Shown piece by piece: positions 63,401-64,000 of a stretch of DNA of 64,000 nt (positions are counted from its first letter, which is position 1; each line of letters starts with the position of its first letter). A program made the translations under genes and the position numbers. The notes beneath the pieces are model-generated. The model was not told where the DNA came from. It worked only from the letters and a program-made list of their open reading frames with translations, and did not search any database. The stretch is from Parasitella parasitica NRRL 2501 (lineage: Eukaryota; Fungi; Mucoromycota): NCBI GenBank assembly GCA_025201805.1, contig MU619258.1:124001-188000 (forward strand). Direction: 5' to 3'.

Positions 63401-64000
63401 AGCAACAGAGTCGCCGGAAAAGTCTGTGATCCAAGGCAAAATTGGATGGAAATTCGGATCGCCTTCTCTTCTCCCGGCCAAATGGTTCAATGCCATTAAA
63501 TAGCTGTAATTGGATATTTTGCCCTTTACCCAACTGACGACAAGCGGCTCCTCTGGTATCTCTCTAGACAGCTTTAATGACTCTTGTTCATATAGCCACT
63601 TTTTCAAATCTAGAAAACTAATCAACAACCGTGTGCAGCATAGAACGCTTGTATCTTACTAAAATCGATCGGATTTGGCTCAAATTCCATGCCGGCCAAC
63701 TGTATCCAAAGATTCTCGTCTACAAGAATGTTAGATGCTTTAATACTTCCATGTACGATCCCTCTGCTGTGTAAACTGGCAACCACTCGTAATAACTGGT
63801 ATATAATGAAGGATTTCTTCAGGTTGGAGCAAAGTACACCTGGGTTATATGTTATAAGATCTTGCAGTGTAGTTCCGCGATAAGAAGCCAAAAAATAGTA
63901 GGCAGTGTCCGTTTCTATCAAAGCAAAAACCTCAGGCAAATTCGAGTTTGAGCTATCCGGCTCCTGTTCGCAAACAACGCTTTCTTGCTCCAGTAAAATA
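58675..64000 (-). CDS. WDR81-like protein (pseudokinase + BEACH + WD40); 5' end beyond window
   Basis: HSRGIVHGSIKASNILV (kinase-like), WVKGKISNYSYLMALNHLAGRREGDPNFHPILPW, FRINKGDEQLD and WTPDECIPEFY (WDR81-type BEACH); C-terminal WD40 (GHSAAIR..SGSRDKTVKIW). Stop at 58675. Confidence 0.9.

Overview
This is eukaryotic, intron-rich, AT-rich fungal genomic DNA. Gene content, ~50-90 nt GT-AG introns and codon usage point to Mucorales (Mucoraceae-like). The window has about 25 protein genes, several of them missed or fragmented by the ORF track (cyclin, SRP14, CMC1, spliced 5' exons), and six assembly gaps. Housekeeping genes include eIF4A, NF-YC/HAP5, a cyclin, RPS15, SRP14, SREBP, HPRT, CMC1, PRP43, a Cid1-like nucleotidyltransferase, a VPS9 GEF, a nucleotide-sugar transporter and WDR81-like. 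The most notable items are: (1) a U6atac minor-spliceosome snRNA gene on the minus strand (~41498-41632); (2) an intron-containing, restriction-modification-type (Eco57I/TaqI-like, NPPY) N6-adenine DNA methyltransferase with a target-recognition domain and no evident nuclease; (3) a tandem pair of secreted proteins built from 16-18 casein-like SSSEE repeats, separated by a defective Helitron; (4) a 136-bp mini-Helitron of the same family nested in another dispersed repeat whose second copy lies 40 kb away in inverted orientation; (5) an intronless bacterial-like SAM methyltransferase (HGT candidate); (6) convergent HPRT and CMC1 genes whose stop codons overlap. All calls come from reading the sequence and recalling family motifs. 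No searches were run, and exon boundaries were inferred by eye.
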